DNA of 62,245 nt, counting the filler, from Vannella sp. (lineage: Eukaryota), in the NCBI GenBank assembly GCA_023345925.1. It is 6 parts of 6 records of this genome, joined end to end, with 100 filler letters (N's around TTAATTAATTAA, not from the genome) between each part and the next. Parts side by side here need not be neighbours in the genome. Positions count along the whole stretch, not along the records: positions 1 to 13,621 come from JAJQQN010000846.1; 5 more parts are not named here. The stretch is one strand, 5' to 3'. Shown one piece after another: positions 1 through 12,033 of the stretch. Position 1 is the stretch's first letter, and each line of letters begins with the position of its first letter. Both the position numbers and the translations under genes were made by a program. The notes below the pieces were generated by a model that was given only the letters and a program-made list of their open reading frames with translations, searched no databases and was not told the origin of the DNA.

Positions 1-222
1 AAAGTGAAAAAATAAAATCAGCTCAAAAGCTTATCCTGAGGAGATGGAGGTCATCAGGACATTCTACACAAACACGAGTTCTGCCCCCCTCTTCCCCTTC
101 GCTCGTGGATTTTCTCAACCCTGGTTTTGGTCGAGGAACTTTTTGGGGCTCATTAGAACATCCTATCAAACGATTTATCTTTTTACCTTTAATTATGACG
201 TAATCATTGGATCATTATTTTC

Positions 223-1441
223 ATGTCCCAGCGGGCCTGGTTGGTGCTTCTGGCTGTCGTTGGGGTGGCCTTGGCGAGTGGAATGCCCCTAGTCTTATTG
301 AAAGAGTACAATGGTGTGTAGAGCGGGCAGTGTGATTGAGCTGGAGCGGTTCTGACGAGTCCGCAGGAGCGCTTTGTAACGATGGAACCCCAGCAGGGTT
401 CTATATTCGCCAGGGATCTGGCTCTGGCGTGAACCGCTGGGTCATTCACCTTCAAGTAAGATGTTTCTCCTCAGAGTCAACCGTTCTGTTCTAACCTGTC
501 TGAAGGGAGGTGGCTGGTGCACTGATCCAGCAGATTGCGAAGAACGGTCGGAGACTTCGCCTGACCTCATGAGCAGCAAGTACTGGGCTCCTGAAGGGAA
601 CTTCACGAAGGGTATCTTCTCTCAGAACCCAAGACTGAACCACTGGTCCAATGCCAATCAAGTGTACGTGGGCTACTGCTCTTCTGACATGTGGAGCGGG
701 CGCCGCTTTGACGGCAAATGGTACTACTATGGCAAGAACATCGTCTTAGCTCTCTTCGAGAAGCTTTGGAAGGACTACAACCTTCCACAGAGCACAGAGA
801 TCCTCTTCAGTGGCTGCAGTGCTGGAGCGCAGGGGGTTGTGGTCAATCTGGACTATATTGAAGAATGGCTAGTGAAGAAGCAGTCAACTGCAACGCTCAA
901 GGGCCTGGCAGACGCTGGGTGGCTGCAGAATCTCGTTCCCTACGACCCCTCCACTACAGAGTCGGTTTCCACTCAAATGAAGAACGGCTACGTCATGTGG
1001 GCTGGCCAAGTCAATACTAACTGTCGGTTGGCCAACCCTGGCTGGGAGTGGCTCTGCTATCTGACTCCCTTTGCCTACCAGCACATCCGGATCCCTCTTT
1101 TCATTCAAACTGAACAGTACGACACCTACCAACTGTCCAGCAACGTGGGATGGCCTCCCTACAACTCTGAGCAACTGTCTTACGTGGAGAAGATCCGGGA
1201 AGCTTTTGATGCCTCTCTTGTGGTCATCAAAGGAGGCCAACTTAAAGACAGCTTCTTCTCAGCTGCCTGCTACCATCACTGCTCTGTGGAGGATTACTCT
1301 TTTAACACCATCACCATCCGTGGCATCTCGATGGAGCAAACTCTGTCCAATTGGTATTTTGACCTCGTGGGCCCTAAGCTTCTTCTTGACACTTGCCGCG
1401 GTTTTAACTGCTCTGTTGGCTGTCCCGAGGCAGGCTACTAA
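223..1441 (+). CDS. Secreted Notum / pectin acetylesterase family carboxylesterase (3 exons)
   Basis: ATG at 223 with a signal peptide (MSQRAWLVLLAVVGVALA). GT-AG introns 314-366 and 456-505 join ALCNDGTPAGFY...WVIHLQ-GGGWC. Also YCSSDMWSG, the nucleophile motif GCSAG, DAGW, QYD and CYHHC. Confidence 0.9.
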
Positions 1442-1788
1442 CTAAACTCACTGAACTGATTGCTCTTAAAGCCTTTGGGAAGTACTTGGAACTTCCCTCT
1501 TCTGCAAAGGCCTTCTAATGACTTGCAAGTGACTATTTCACTTCTTCCTTCTCCTCTGGAAGTGCAGGAGGGAGTCCGAGAAGATAATGGTTCCCCTTTA
1601 AAACATCTTTAACACCCCATTCCGGGCTAAAAGCCATTCCAGCAGGTTCTAAGCTTACCTTGCTCGGTATGACATGAGCCAGCACCAGCGTCGAGAGCGT
1701 TACACCTGTAATGGAATGAGATATCTGTTCTATCAGCTGCTCGCGTGATCTTTGAGTCAGAAGAACACTTTGAGAGGGCCTTTTGGGG

Positions 1789-4015
1789 ATGGCGGCGCAG
1801 GTTGTCAACCTGACCGGTGGCATCGAGATTGGAGGGACGACACTGTATGGAATGGATGCAGAACAAGCTCTGAAGCAAGCTGCAAAGTATGACTACGGTA
1901 GAGAGCGGCTCATCATTAAGTGGGTGGAGGAAACTTTGGGGGAGAAGCTTCCCTCGAAAGATCTTCATGAGGCTCTCAAGTCTGGCATCATCCTTTGTAG
2001 ACTTCTTAACTGTGTCAAAGAAGGAATGATTCGCAAGTACAACACACGCCCTATCGCGCTAATGGAGATGGAAAACATCAAACTTTACCTCGAAGGATGT
2101 TGGAAGTTGGGCATTCCGTCCTCCTGTCTGTTCGTCAGCTCAGACCTGTACAAAGCAAGAGGAATGAACGAGGTACTAAACAACCTGGAGGCTTTGAGCA
2201 AGCTGGCAGCTCGTATGACCTCCTACAAGGGACCCATTCTCGAGATACACGAGCGTGAACGCGGAGGAGGGACTTCCTCGAGCTCTGGCAAGAGTACCAG
2301 TAGCGGTAGCGCTACCAAGAAGTGGAAAACAATCGAAATGGTAGCCCCTCAGCATGTCGGCGAGCTCACCAGTCACGAGGACGTGGATATTCGCTCAGAG
2401 AACCTCCGTCTGAAGCAGCAGCTTGAAAGAGAGAAGTGTGAACGCATGAACTTGGAAGAGGAGCTAGAAGAGCTCAAGAACAACGCCCCAGTGGCAGCCC
2501 CACCGAAAGTGGTTGCTCCTGCAGTCGCTCAGCCGGCCCCAGTTGATGACAGCAAGTGGAAAGCTCAGGTTAGTAACCTGGAACGCCGAATCCAACAGCT
2601 GGAGCAAGAGCTAGAAGCTACCAAGAAGCTGCAGGCCAAGGTAACTACACCGATGCCAGTTCCGGTTCCTGTCCAAGCTCCCGTCCAGCCAAGCAATGAG
2701 AAAGAGTTGAAGCAACTCAAACAACAACTTGTTGATGAGCAGCGCCTCAACGACACCACAAAGAGACAGTAAGACACGACCCTCTCAAAAACGCTATTTG
2801 TGACTTGGACTAACTTAGTCTGACAGACTCCAAAAGGAGCAAGATATGATCAAAACACTTCAAAGTGAGATTAGGGTTCTCAAAGAACAGGCACAGAAGG
2901 CTTCTCGTATCGTATCAAGCTCTCCAAAGAGTATTCCAGCTGCTTCCACCAACACAGACCGAATTGTATCGAACCTGCGTGATGAGAATGAGATGCTTAG
3001 AGAGCTAGTTGCTCAATTACGTGGTGATTTGGACTTGGCTGTCCAGCTTTCCCAACCTACGGAGAAGGCTGCCCCCAAACCACGAGGTCACAATTACTTT
3101 ATCATCGATGACTGTGATGCAGCCATGTCTGCTGAGGTCAAGAGAGTAGAAGAATGCCTTCGCGCTATCCTCCACTCAGAAGAGGTGGAATTCTCTGATG
3201 TGGTGGAGTTGAATCAATTCTTCAAAGAAGATAGTGGCCGCCGCAAGTTCACTCAGATGCTTGAAGAGTTGATGCAAGAGTTCTCTTCTCTTACTCTGTC
3301 CACGAATTCGTTCGAACTGCTTCTTTACTTGATTAACACGACTTTGACGGAGATGGACACTTCGGATTCCAGTGATCTCATTACTGCCAAGATATTGATG
3401 CGAGCTTCTTCGGTGGTCAAGCGGGATACAGATGAGGGAGACCAGTATATTAAGGCCTATATCGCCAGCTATACGGTGTATCACGATTTCCGGTTCTGGG
3501 AGGAACTCTTCTGGGAGGAGCTTTTCCGGTCCCACAAGCACCGAAGTGTCGCTAGTGGGATGGAGGAAGATGATGTGTATCAGCTAGACCACTCATTGAC
3601 GATCCAGGTGGTCAAAGATCTGATTGTGGTGATGTTGCATTGGAAGTGTTTCCGGGATGAAGTCCAGCGCTTCATTGCTCACATCTTCAAGCAAACGAAG
3701 ACTCCAGATGAATTCACCGAAGATTTCCGCACGCTGACGGCACAGGACTCTTTCTGGACTAAGGCTTCCAGCTCGAAAGTCAGACACGGCACTTGGACGG
3801 CCAAGAGACTGAAGAAAGCCAAGACCGCGTCCACTGCTTCTCCGCGTAAGAAGAGAGAAACAAGGGCAGTGGATCGCAAGCCAACTTCCAGTGAGCCTAA
3901 GACGCTTCCTGATAAGAAACCTTCCACCAGCTCCCTTCCCGCGTCTCCACCTGCAGCCCCTAAATCCCCTCCCTCCAACAAGATGGCTTCTCGCATTGCC
4001 CAGTGGGAACAATAA
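1789..4015 (+). CDS. Calponin-homology domain protein with coiled coil and C-terminal helical (SBF2/MADD-like) domain
   Basis: Calponin-type N-terminus (YGMDAEQALKQAAKYD...LKSGIILCRLLN...MENIKLYL...LFVSSDLY) followed by heptad-rich coiled coils. Intron 2769-2826 joins ORFs 1783..2772 and 2846..4015 in frame. The segment YHDFRFWEELFWEEL resembles the SBF2-type domain (weaker call). Confidence 0.75.
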
Positions 4016-4438
4016 ACTTGGACTCAGAGCCTGAAAAAGCAGCTTCACAGAGACTTCATCATCTGGTCTATTCACTCCTTTGTAACTTAGTCCAGCCCTT
4101 GCTCTGTGCAGTTATGCGAATGGTGGGGATGAACACGAAAACGGCACACAAGAAGATTGTCTGGAACACTCCCAAGTCAGAGCAAACATTCCCTCTTCTT
4201 ACGACCTGACGAGCTCCACCAGTCAAAAATTCCTCTGCGAATGAGTCCCAAGCGGAGATTGCGAGTCATCAACGCTGCCCCGAACGCACCAGAAGGAGCA
4301 ATCAGCCGTCAAATGTCGTCAATTATGGGATCTTATCAGGAAGAGTTAAAAAAATCTCGAAAACATCACTTCTTCGACTTTTTAATCGATTGAGAAGAAT
4401 ATAGCTTGAAGGGGGAACCATTTCATAAGGGTCAACGG

Positions 4439-4878
4439 ATGAATCGCTTGCTGGGAGTGGATAAGGCGGCTCAGTCGGTCTCGGATGCCATTCCTGAAGC
4501 TGCACGAACGATTGCAGATCGATTGCCTGCAGCAGCAGAGAGATTGACCGCGAATGCGCCGGAGTCCTTGCGTGCGGGAGCCACCGCTCTTGTTGCCAAC
4601 CTTCCAGAGGCTCTTGCTGGTGCAGCTCGTGCTCTTGGAGGTAAGTTGCTATGAAATCACTTCGTTGCACTCACCGTTGTGCATTGCCACCTTCAGAGAG
4701 CCTCGATCTGAAAGGGATCGCAACCATTCCGCCTCCCACGCCAGCCCAGACGCGGGTAGCGTGGGTTCAAGCTGGGGCTTTGACTATGATCGGTACAGGC
4801 GTCCTAATTGCAGGCGTAGCCTACGCCTACAGCACCTTCACAGCCCCATCCCATGCAAGAAGCAACGAAGAGCGGTAG
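4439..4878 (+). CDS. Small Ala-rich amphipathic-repeat protein with a C-terminal transmembrane helix (2 exons)
   Basis: ATG at 4439. Intron 4641-4696 (GTAAGT...CTTCAG) fuses ORFs 4406..4654 and 4651..4878 in frame. Hydrophobic segment ALTMIGTGVLIAGVAYAY lies near the C-terminus. Confidence 0.6.
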
Positions 4879-5000
4879 AAGAAGTCTCTCTTCCTCTTAC
4901 ACTACGAATGAACATATGCTCACCCTCACCTTGATGTACTCCTGAAGCGGTGGCCTCAACCAAGAAGGAGCGAGGAAGGGAGATCACTTTTTGGCGGGAA

Positions 5001-6011
5001 ATGGTGGCGAACATGGCTCTCGTCCACGGTGTGGCGGCGATGGTAGGTGGAAGTGCAGCGATGGCTGTCACCTACCCTCTCTTTACAGCTACGACAAGGC
5101 AACAAGTGAGCACAGAGAAGCAGAAGGGTTCTTTGGGGACCATTCTCGAGATTCTCCACTCCGAGGGAGTTGCTGGACTCTATGCTGGATTGGGCACCTC
5201 TGTGTTTGGTATAGCCGTAGCCATGGGCATCTATACCTTCTCTTACGAGGTAAGACGACCCTGAAGCGCTCCGCCTGCTCACCAAAATGCAGCGCATCAA
5301 GCAGCTTGCTACCAAAGCTTTGGGGAGGCCTTTGAATCCTCTGGAGAACCTTTTTGCGGGCTATTTTGCAGGGGCTATTAATACGACACTGACATGCCCT
5401 ATCTGGACCATCACTACGCGCATGCAGGCCACAAAGGGGAAGGAGAAGGACACTCCTTTGGCTGTTTCTCGAGCAATTCTCGCGGAGAACGGGCCGCAAG
5501 GCTTCTGGAAGGGTTGGAAGGCATCTCTTGTACTTTGTGTGAACCCTGCTATCCAATGGATGGTGTACGAGCAGCTAGCCATCCTTTGGACCACCTTCAG
5601 AGGCACAAAGAGTGCCGGATCCCTCGAGATCTTCATCTTCGGGGCGATTGGAAAGCTGGCAGCTACCTTAGCTACGTATCCCTACATCATTGTCAAGTCT
5701 CGAATGCAAGCGGAGACTTCTGCAACAAAGAAGGTCTGTTTTCTCTCCTCTCCTTCCCTCTCTCCTCATCCTTCTTCCAGGGACCCAAACGAGTTGGTAG
5801 AGCTGCAGAAGGAGAACTGCAGTTCCGCTACACAGGCGTAATGGACGCCTTTGGAAAGATCATCAAGAGCCAAGGCATCCTCGGTCTCTACACAGGGCTC
5901 CAATCCAAGCTCTTGCAAAGCATCCTCAACGCTTCCTTCATGTTTGTATTCAAAGAGAGGTTCGTCGTGTTAGCCCTCGCCCTCCTCCGCATCCTCTCCC
6001 CAAAAGCGTAA
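5001..6011 (+). CDS. SLC25A17: Mitochondrial-carrier-family protein, peroxisomal PMP34/SLC25A17-like (3 exons)
   Basis: Three carrier repeats (TYPLFTATTRQQ, TCPIWTITTRMQ, TYPYIIVKSRMQ) and the PMP34-typical LVLCVNPAIQWMVYEQL and KLLQSILNASFMF. Introns 5250-5292 and 5734-5780. The start may be 5001 or 5013. Confidence 0.8.
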
Positions 6012-6175
6012 CGAGCCGACCAACTTCCTCCTCAAAAGAGCGAAATAAACTGAAACTTTCATTTTCGATCAAAAATAACTTTTGAAGAGAAGAATGTGAT
6101 TTAAGCGCGGTATTGAATGGCTTCGGTGAAATTGACTTTTTAGAGCCATTTGTTGTTCACCTTCTCTGGCGAGAC

Positions 6176-7646
6176 ATGAAGCTCACGTTGAAGACTCTCA
6201 AGCAGGAGGAACTGTTCATTGATGTGGAACCCTCAGTGAAGGTGAGCTTTGACGGTGATCTGTTTGGAGATGGAGGGAAGTGACTTGGGTGTGAAGGTGC
6301 TGGAGGTCAAGCAAGCGATCGAGCAGAAATACTCGCATGCGGTTGATACTCAGCGACTTATCTTCGCTGGAAAGATCCTGGAGGACGAAAGGACTGTGGA
6401 ATCGTACAACATCAGTGAGAAAGAGTTTCTTGTTCTGATGGTGCGGAAGGTGGTACGTCTTTCCCTCTGTTCTGGACACACGAAACTCATTTTCGTTGAT
6501 TAGGCTGCCAAGAAGGCCACCCCGGCTGCTTCCTCGCCAGCAGCTCCCAGTTCTCCTGCACCCCAACCTGCTGCCTCTGCCCCTGTTCCCTCAACTCCTG
6601 TAGCCGCCGCTCCTGCGGCTCCCGCAGTAGCTGAGGTTCCAGCTGCAGCTCCAGCTGCGGCCAACGCCCTTGAAGGGTAAGAGCATCACTTCCCTCACGA
6701 CATTGGCTCATGAGCATGGCTAGCAACCAAATGCTCTCTGGGAACGGCCCTGAGTACGAGGAGATGATCAACCGCATTGCAGAGATGGGCTTTGAGCGTG
6801 AGCAAATCGTGTTGGCACTCCAAGCGAGCTACAACAACCCTGAACGTGCAGTCGAGTATTTGATGAGTGTATGGCCAGCCTTGTCCCTGCTGACCTCCTT
6901 CTGACTTGATCTGTTTCAGGATATCCCTATGGAGGCCATGCAACAGCCTGCCCCTGTCGCTGCCCCCTCTGCTCCTGCTGCAGCTCCAGCTGCAGTTCCC
7001 AGTGCGGCCCCTGCCTCTGGCAACCTCTTCCAACAGGCTGGTACGTTGGGTGTGTCCAATTCACTCAAGATCGCTCATGAATCGAGCAGCTGCGGCTCAG
7101 CAACAAGGATCAAGCAGTAGCTCTGTTCAGGCCTTTGAGCAGCTTCGCCAGCTTCCCAACTTCAATGCTATCCGCCAGCTTGTACAACAGCAGCCTCAAT
7201 TGCTTCAACAGATTCTCCAGAACCTTAGCCAGACTAACCCTCAGCTGTACCAGCTGATCGTCGCCAACCAGGCCGAGTTCATCCAACTCCTCAACGAGCC
7301 ACTTCCCGAAGGCATTCCTCCGTAGGTTCTACACAATTTGAAGTCTCTTCTGACGATTCTGTCACAGTGTGGATGGTGGTGCACCTGCTGCTGGACAGCG
7401 CGAGATCAGAGTGACCCCTGAGGAGAGGGAAGCTATTGAGAGAGTATGCGCTCCCATTGTCTGTTGAACTCGCCCACTAATGAACATTGGCAGCTGGAAT
7501 CTCTTGGATTCCCCCGACACAAGGTCATCGAAGCTTTCTTCTCGTGTGACAAGGACGAGAATCTCGCTGCCAACTTCCTGTTGGAGCATGGCTTTGAAGA
7601 GGACGATCTGATGGACGGAGACATCCCTGAAGACGATATGGAGTAA
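6176..7646 (+). CDS. RAD23: UV excision repair protein / ubiquitin receptor RAD23 (multi-exon)
   Basis: UBL ([10 protein letters not shown]...[12 protein letters not shown]), Ala/Pro linker, UBA1 ([28 protein letters not shown]), XPC-binding region ([28 protein letters not shown]) and UBA2 ([30 protein letters not shown]). Confidence 0.95.
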
Positions 7647-7712
7647 ACCAGCCAACATTCCACAGAAGAAGCCATACACTCTTTCAGCAGACGTATCAAT
7701 CATGAGCTCACT

Positions 7713-10700
7713 TTATGCCCAACGAGGCCGGAGAACGGGGATGACAACCGTTTGCACAGCGTCCTGAGCCCTCTCGAGAGCCTGCAAAGTACGCGGGTTG
7801 ATGAAAGACTGAAGAAGCGGGCGGGCATTGATCTGCTGGATCGTCAGTTGGACAATATTCTCTTGGTTCGTGGGATCCTCCTCAAAGGCTTTTTGGTAGC
7901 GCCCTTGAAGGAAGGGCGAGCAGCGACAGGCATCATACAAACTGACGTGGACGGGTGCTTCAGTTAGTGTGCTGGAGCGAATGCACGAGTAAAGGATGAC
8001 ATCAACGTGCTCTTGAGCAGACGGATGGCCTAAACAAAGCAACGAGAAGAGGAATTTGCTACTCAGACGGCCTAATAGAGCATCCAGCATCATTCTCTCG
8101 TGCTTAGGCAGAATGTTAGAATGAGTGAATGAACTGGGAAGGAGAGAGAATGCTTACCAGTTGCTGCACCGCAGAGAGGAATTGCTCATGAACATTGCCT
8201 TCTCTCAAAAGCCCTCCAATGAGGTCATAGTCAAGAAGGTAGGCTCGTAAGATGACTCCAACTAGAGATTGGTGGTAAAAGAGGTTATACTTAGGACTGG
8301 CTGGGTCTTGATTGATGGATGCTTGGACTAACACAACCCAAAGACTCTTCAATGCTCGAACAGCAACAGTTTGGAAGCTAAGAAGCAAGACATTGATAAG
8401 TCCCAACGCTGCCATCTTCCAAGCGGACTTTTTGGGAAACAGAATCACTTCTCCTAAGAGCCCTTCAATAGGGACGGCATATTTCTCAAAGAAGGAGCCC
8501 CCCAAAACTGCAATGTGGTGCTGAATTAAGGGTAGGAAGTACAGCATCCCTAAATGCTGTAAATGTGAGCTGTATCTTCCCAGTAGCTCGGCAATACGCC
8601 CTTGGAAGTGTTGGAGAAGCTTCCAATGTCCTTCTTCTGTTTCATCTCTTTCAATCAAAGCCAGCCACAATCCCAATCCCCCGGCTGTGTAAAGCATCCC
8701 GCGGTCACTCCCACACACATCCGTGCTTAAGAGAGCCAGTTGAATGAGATTTGCTTCGATCTGAGGAGTGGAAGGAGAATCCTTCACTTGAGAGACTCCT
8801 GCTCGGATTAAAGCGGCTGCGCAGTTCAGAACATCGTTTCTGAGCATTGGATTATTTGGTGCATGTTGCCAAAGAGTGAGAAGGCCATCTACAGCTGATT
8901 GACCAACTCCTCTGGCAAGAAGCTCAGGCTTAAGGAGCTGACACATCTTGCCAATGTTATCAATAACTACTCTGGCAACTTGGTCGCTCTGTAACTTGAG
9001 TGAGAGAGGGAGCATAGTTTTCATAGCCTGCTCCACCATGTTATACACCGTTTCATCATCAAAGGACCTTAATAGATAAGTGTCACACATGTTGCGGAAG
9101 GCAATAGACGCCCACACAGACACCACATAATCCTCCTCCCAAAGGAATGTGAGAAGCGTTTGAAGTGCTGTAACCAGTTGGTCTCCCAAGCTCCTTCCCC
9201 ATTCATGAACGAAGAAGTTACTGATCTGTCGCTTAATCAAGCGGTACTCTGGGGCCGTCTGTTGGGCATCGGGAAGGAGGAAGTTCTTAAAGAAGCTTGG
9301 AAAGTCAATTCCGGAGCGAAACTCATTGTAGCAGAGACTGAGGCCATGAAAGCATGCTTCTCGACGCAGAATGAATTCTCGCATGTTTTGAGGGTTGGCA
9401 GGAGCATGTAAAAACTCAGTTATCATCTGAAGAGCCATGGGAGGCAAGTGAGGGAAGTTCCTCATCATTGCTAACCACAGGAACTTTGCAGAAGCGATTA
9501 CGTCATATTGATATGACTCCAGGAGAGCCTCTTGTATAAACTCTTGTGGATCTGTCTCCGATAGCTCCCAGTTGGCTGCAGTTACAGGAAGGAATCTTGT
9601 CAAAAGGACGAAAAGAAGTTGTTTCATGTTCTCTGGACTCTCAAAGAGCGCCTCTAGAACCTTCCCCACTTCCCCTGATGCTTCTTTACAGCTTTCAAAC
9701 GAGACAGTGAAGCAATGGAGGGCGTAGACAAGGAATTTCTCACCAAAAGTCACTTCTCCGTCACCTTCAGCTTGCAAGGAGTCAACAGAAGGAGATTGTA
9801 AGAGAATAGGGAGGTAGAATCGGAGAATACTAAGCAAATAGGGCGTCATTGAGACAGGAAAGGCACTAACCAGCTCCTTGATGGCTTTCGTGGCGTCGAT
9901 GAGCTGCCGCTCGATCACTTTCCTCATTCTCTGTCCATTGGCCATCGCTCTTGGTGTGCTGCGCCCAGCAAAGAGTGCAGATTGGAACTCTGCATAGCTA
10001 TTCATTGCCAGATGAAGGTCAGGTGAGATCTCTTCCGTAGAGCGACTCGAGCGCTCAGAGAGAATGAATCCCAGTCTAATCACGCGTCGTAGTAAGCGCA
10101 TGGACACAGAGCACACCTGAGATAATCGCGTGATCAGCTCTTGCTCTTCAAGCTCCTCCTGAGGGTCATTAGCGGAGGATCCATCCTCGTCTTCGAGGAT
10201 GTCAGTGAGAATGAGCATCGCAAAGCGCCATTTCTCAGACACCATACCAATCAGGCTCTTGACTGAGCCCGCAGGAACGGCTTTGAGGAGCTCCTGCTTG
10301 TGATTGGCTACCAGGATCTTCATGGCAAGGTGGAGAGGGAGGAGAAGGCGCCTGGCATACTGTAGGATGTTCAAGACAAAGCTGTTTGTCCCACTGAAGA
10401 GTAAAGAGGTTCCTTCTCCTTCTTCCACAACATTGACGATCGTGTGAGTCACCAAGTCCAAAGTGAGGCACGCGTAGGATCCTCCTTCAGTTGCTAAGCC
10501 AGCGGGAAGATCCCAAGCGCGACCATGGACGATCTCTAGCACACACATCTGCGAGATAGCCTCTGCAAGATGGCGAACGACCTGCTCGTTGCCAAGGGTT
10601 GGGAGCTTTTGGACCAAACTGACTCTTATCTGGTGCTTTGTCTCTTCTCGGACACCCTGGGCATCCATCCAATGGGTGGTTATCCAACGACTTAGTAAGA

Positions 10701-10875
10701 TAGCTGCTAAAATCGAAGCCCCGCCCATCTCTTGATATGCCACTCCCACCAAAGCCTCCAAATACGCCTCTCGGTTCTGCTTCTCTGCTTGAGACAATAG
10801 ATGCTCTGCTTTCACTCTCAAGCCACCATCCGTACCGCAACAAGCCTCCAGCCACTGATGGACCTCCGATGCCAT
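7713..10875 (-). CDS. Importin-beta/karyopherin-like HEAT-repeat protein (importin-11/7/9-like)
   Basis: IBN_N-like start (LRVKAEHLLSQAEK...LAAILLSRWITTHW...ETKHQIRVSL). The central motifs WELSETDPQEFIQE and ILRREACFHGL are typical of the IPO7/11 group. One intron near 8104-8157 joins ORF 7713..8093. First ATG at 10875. Confidence 0.75.
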
Positions 10876-10907
10876 CAAGAAAGGAGCAAATAGAAATGAA
10901 ACATCTC

Positions 10908-10959
10908 GAGGGGAAATGCACGAAAATGAGGGGAAATGCACGAAAATGAGGGGAAATGC
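10908..10959. repeat. 20-bp tandem repeat, about 2.6 copies
   Basis: GAGGGGAAATGCACGAAAAT at 10908-10927 and 10928-10947, plus a partial copy at 10948-10959. Confidence 0.9.
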
Positions 10960-11506
10960 GTATTCACCTCCCACATATTACTTGCGATTCGGATGATTGA
11001 TGACCAGGCTTCATTTTTTTAAGAGGACAATTTGTTACCTGAGAGAGGGTGGACGCTTGGGGAAAATCACCCCGACGAGCCCTCCAGCGACCAAGTTGAA
11101 CGAGAATCAAGTACCAGATTCTGTTGAAGGAGTCACCTAGCTTGCAGTAGGAAGAGATGAGAATGAGCCTGGAACTCACTTGGACAAACTTGCAACTTAC
11201 AATGAATTTATACAATCGTCTTCCCTCATCGTTGAATCGACAGAAGAAGCTAAATTTTGAACTCATCATGTCTTAATGCCTGAGAAATTCATGAATTCGT
11301 CAGCGGACATCGTACTGCAGAGAGTGCATTTTGACATCAATGTGCTCCTCTCCGCAGTCTCAGACAACCCACAACGATTTTAGCACAACAAGGCTCTTCT
11401 TCATGTCTGAAAAAGAAGGAATCTGAAAATGGACAATGCTCAACTCTCGACCATTCTGTAAAAAGCTGATGGAAACTTCCTCCCATGCCAGGAGAGAATC
11501 TTCTCC

Positions 11507-11803
11507 TCATTTGGCCGGCGAGACAGAGAGCCCACGATGTCCCAGGAGTTCTGGAGCGAGCCCGAGTCTTGCCAACAGTTTATTCAGTTCCACGCAGTAC
11601 CGCTCGGAAGCCTTTTAAAAGACCTTCTTCGCACTCTTACTCTTTGGTAGGCAAGTATACACTGCCTTGTCATCCACGTCCAGGGCCGGGCAAAAAGATG
11701 GCAGCCCAGCGTCCACGACAGCAGGATTCTCTCCCTCGTATTCCTCGTGTAGAGCTAATTCAAATTCCGCCTCTCCTTTATGACTTCCCTTTGCTTCCTC
11801 CAC
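11507..11803 (-). pseudogene. Degraded kinase-like (Crinkler/RHS-associated type) fragment
   Basis: One frame reads AVYTCLPKSKSAKKVF*KASERYCVELNKLLARLGLAPELLG, with an internal TAA at 11615-11617 and a TGA at 11507-11509. It resembles, from memory, the VKF..RY..E.H.LLA..GLAP.LL segment of such kinases. Confidence 0.4.
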
Positions 11804-12033
11804 TCAAAGACGGCTCATCATGAAGCGCTCCATTCATTAAGTGCTCAACGCTTTCAATCTACTTGGTTCCTCCTCGTCGTTTTCCACTAAAATGAAATCA
11901 GTCTAAATGCTGAAACGAGTTTTGGAACCTCTTCCCCTTCACTCGGATTTTCTCCTTCCTTCCTCCCTTTGTAGGAATTCTAAAGACTAGGTAGGGCGTA
12001 CCAGGATTAGAGTAGGGTACAATTGTATATAAG

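Noticed and set aside
1533..1823. Minus-strand 96-aa ORF between the esterase and CH-domain genes
   Set aside because: Its start overlaps the CH gene antisense and it has no recognisable motifs. The donor-like GTAAGC does not give a convincing product.
11615..11617. Stop-codon reassignment or selenocysteine readthrough
   Set aside because: Conserved genes end normally at TAA, TAG and TGA, and a 1945-codon ORF is open under the standard code. Frame breaks elsewhere are explained by introns.
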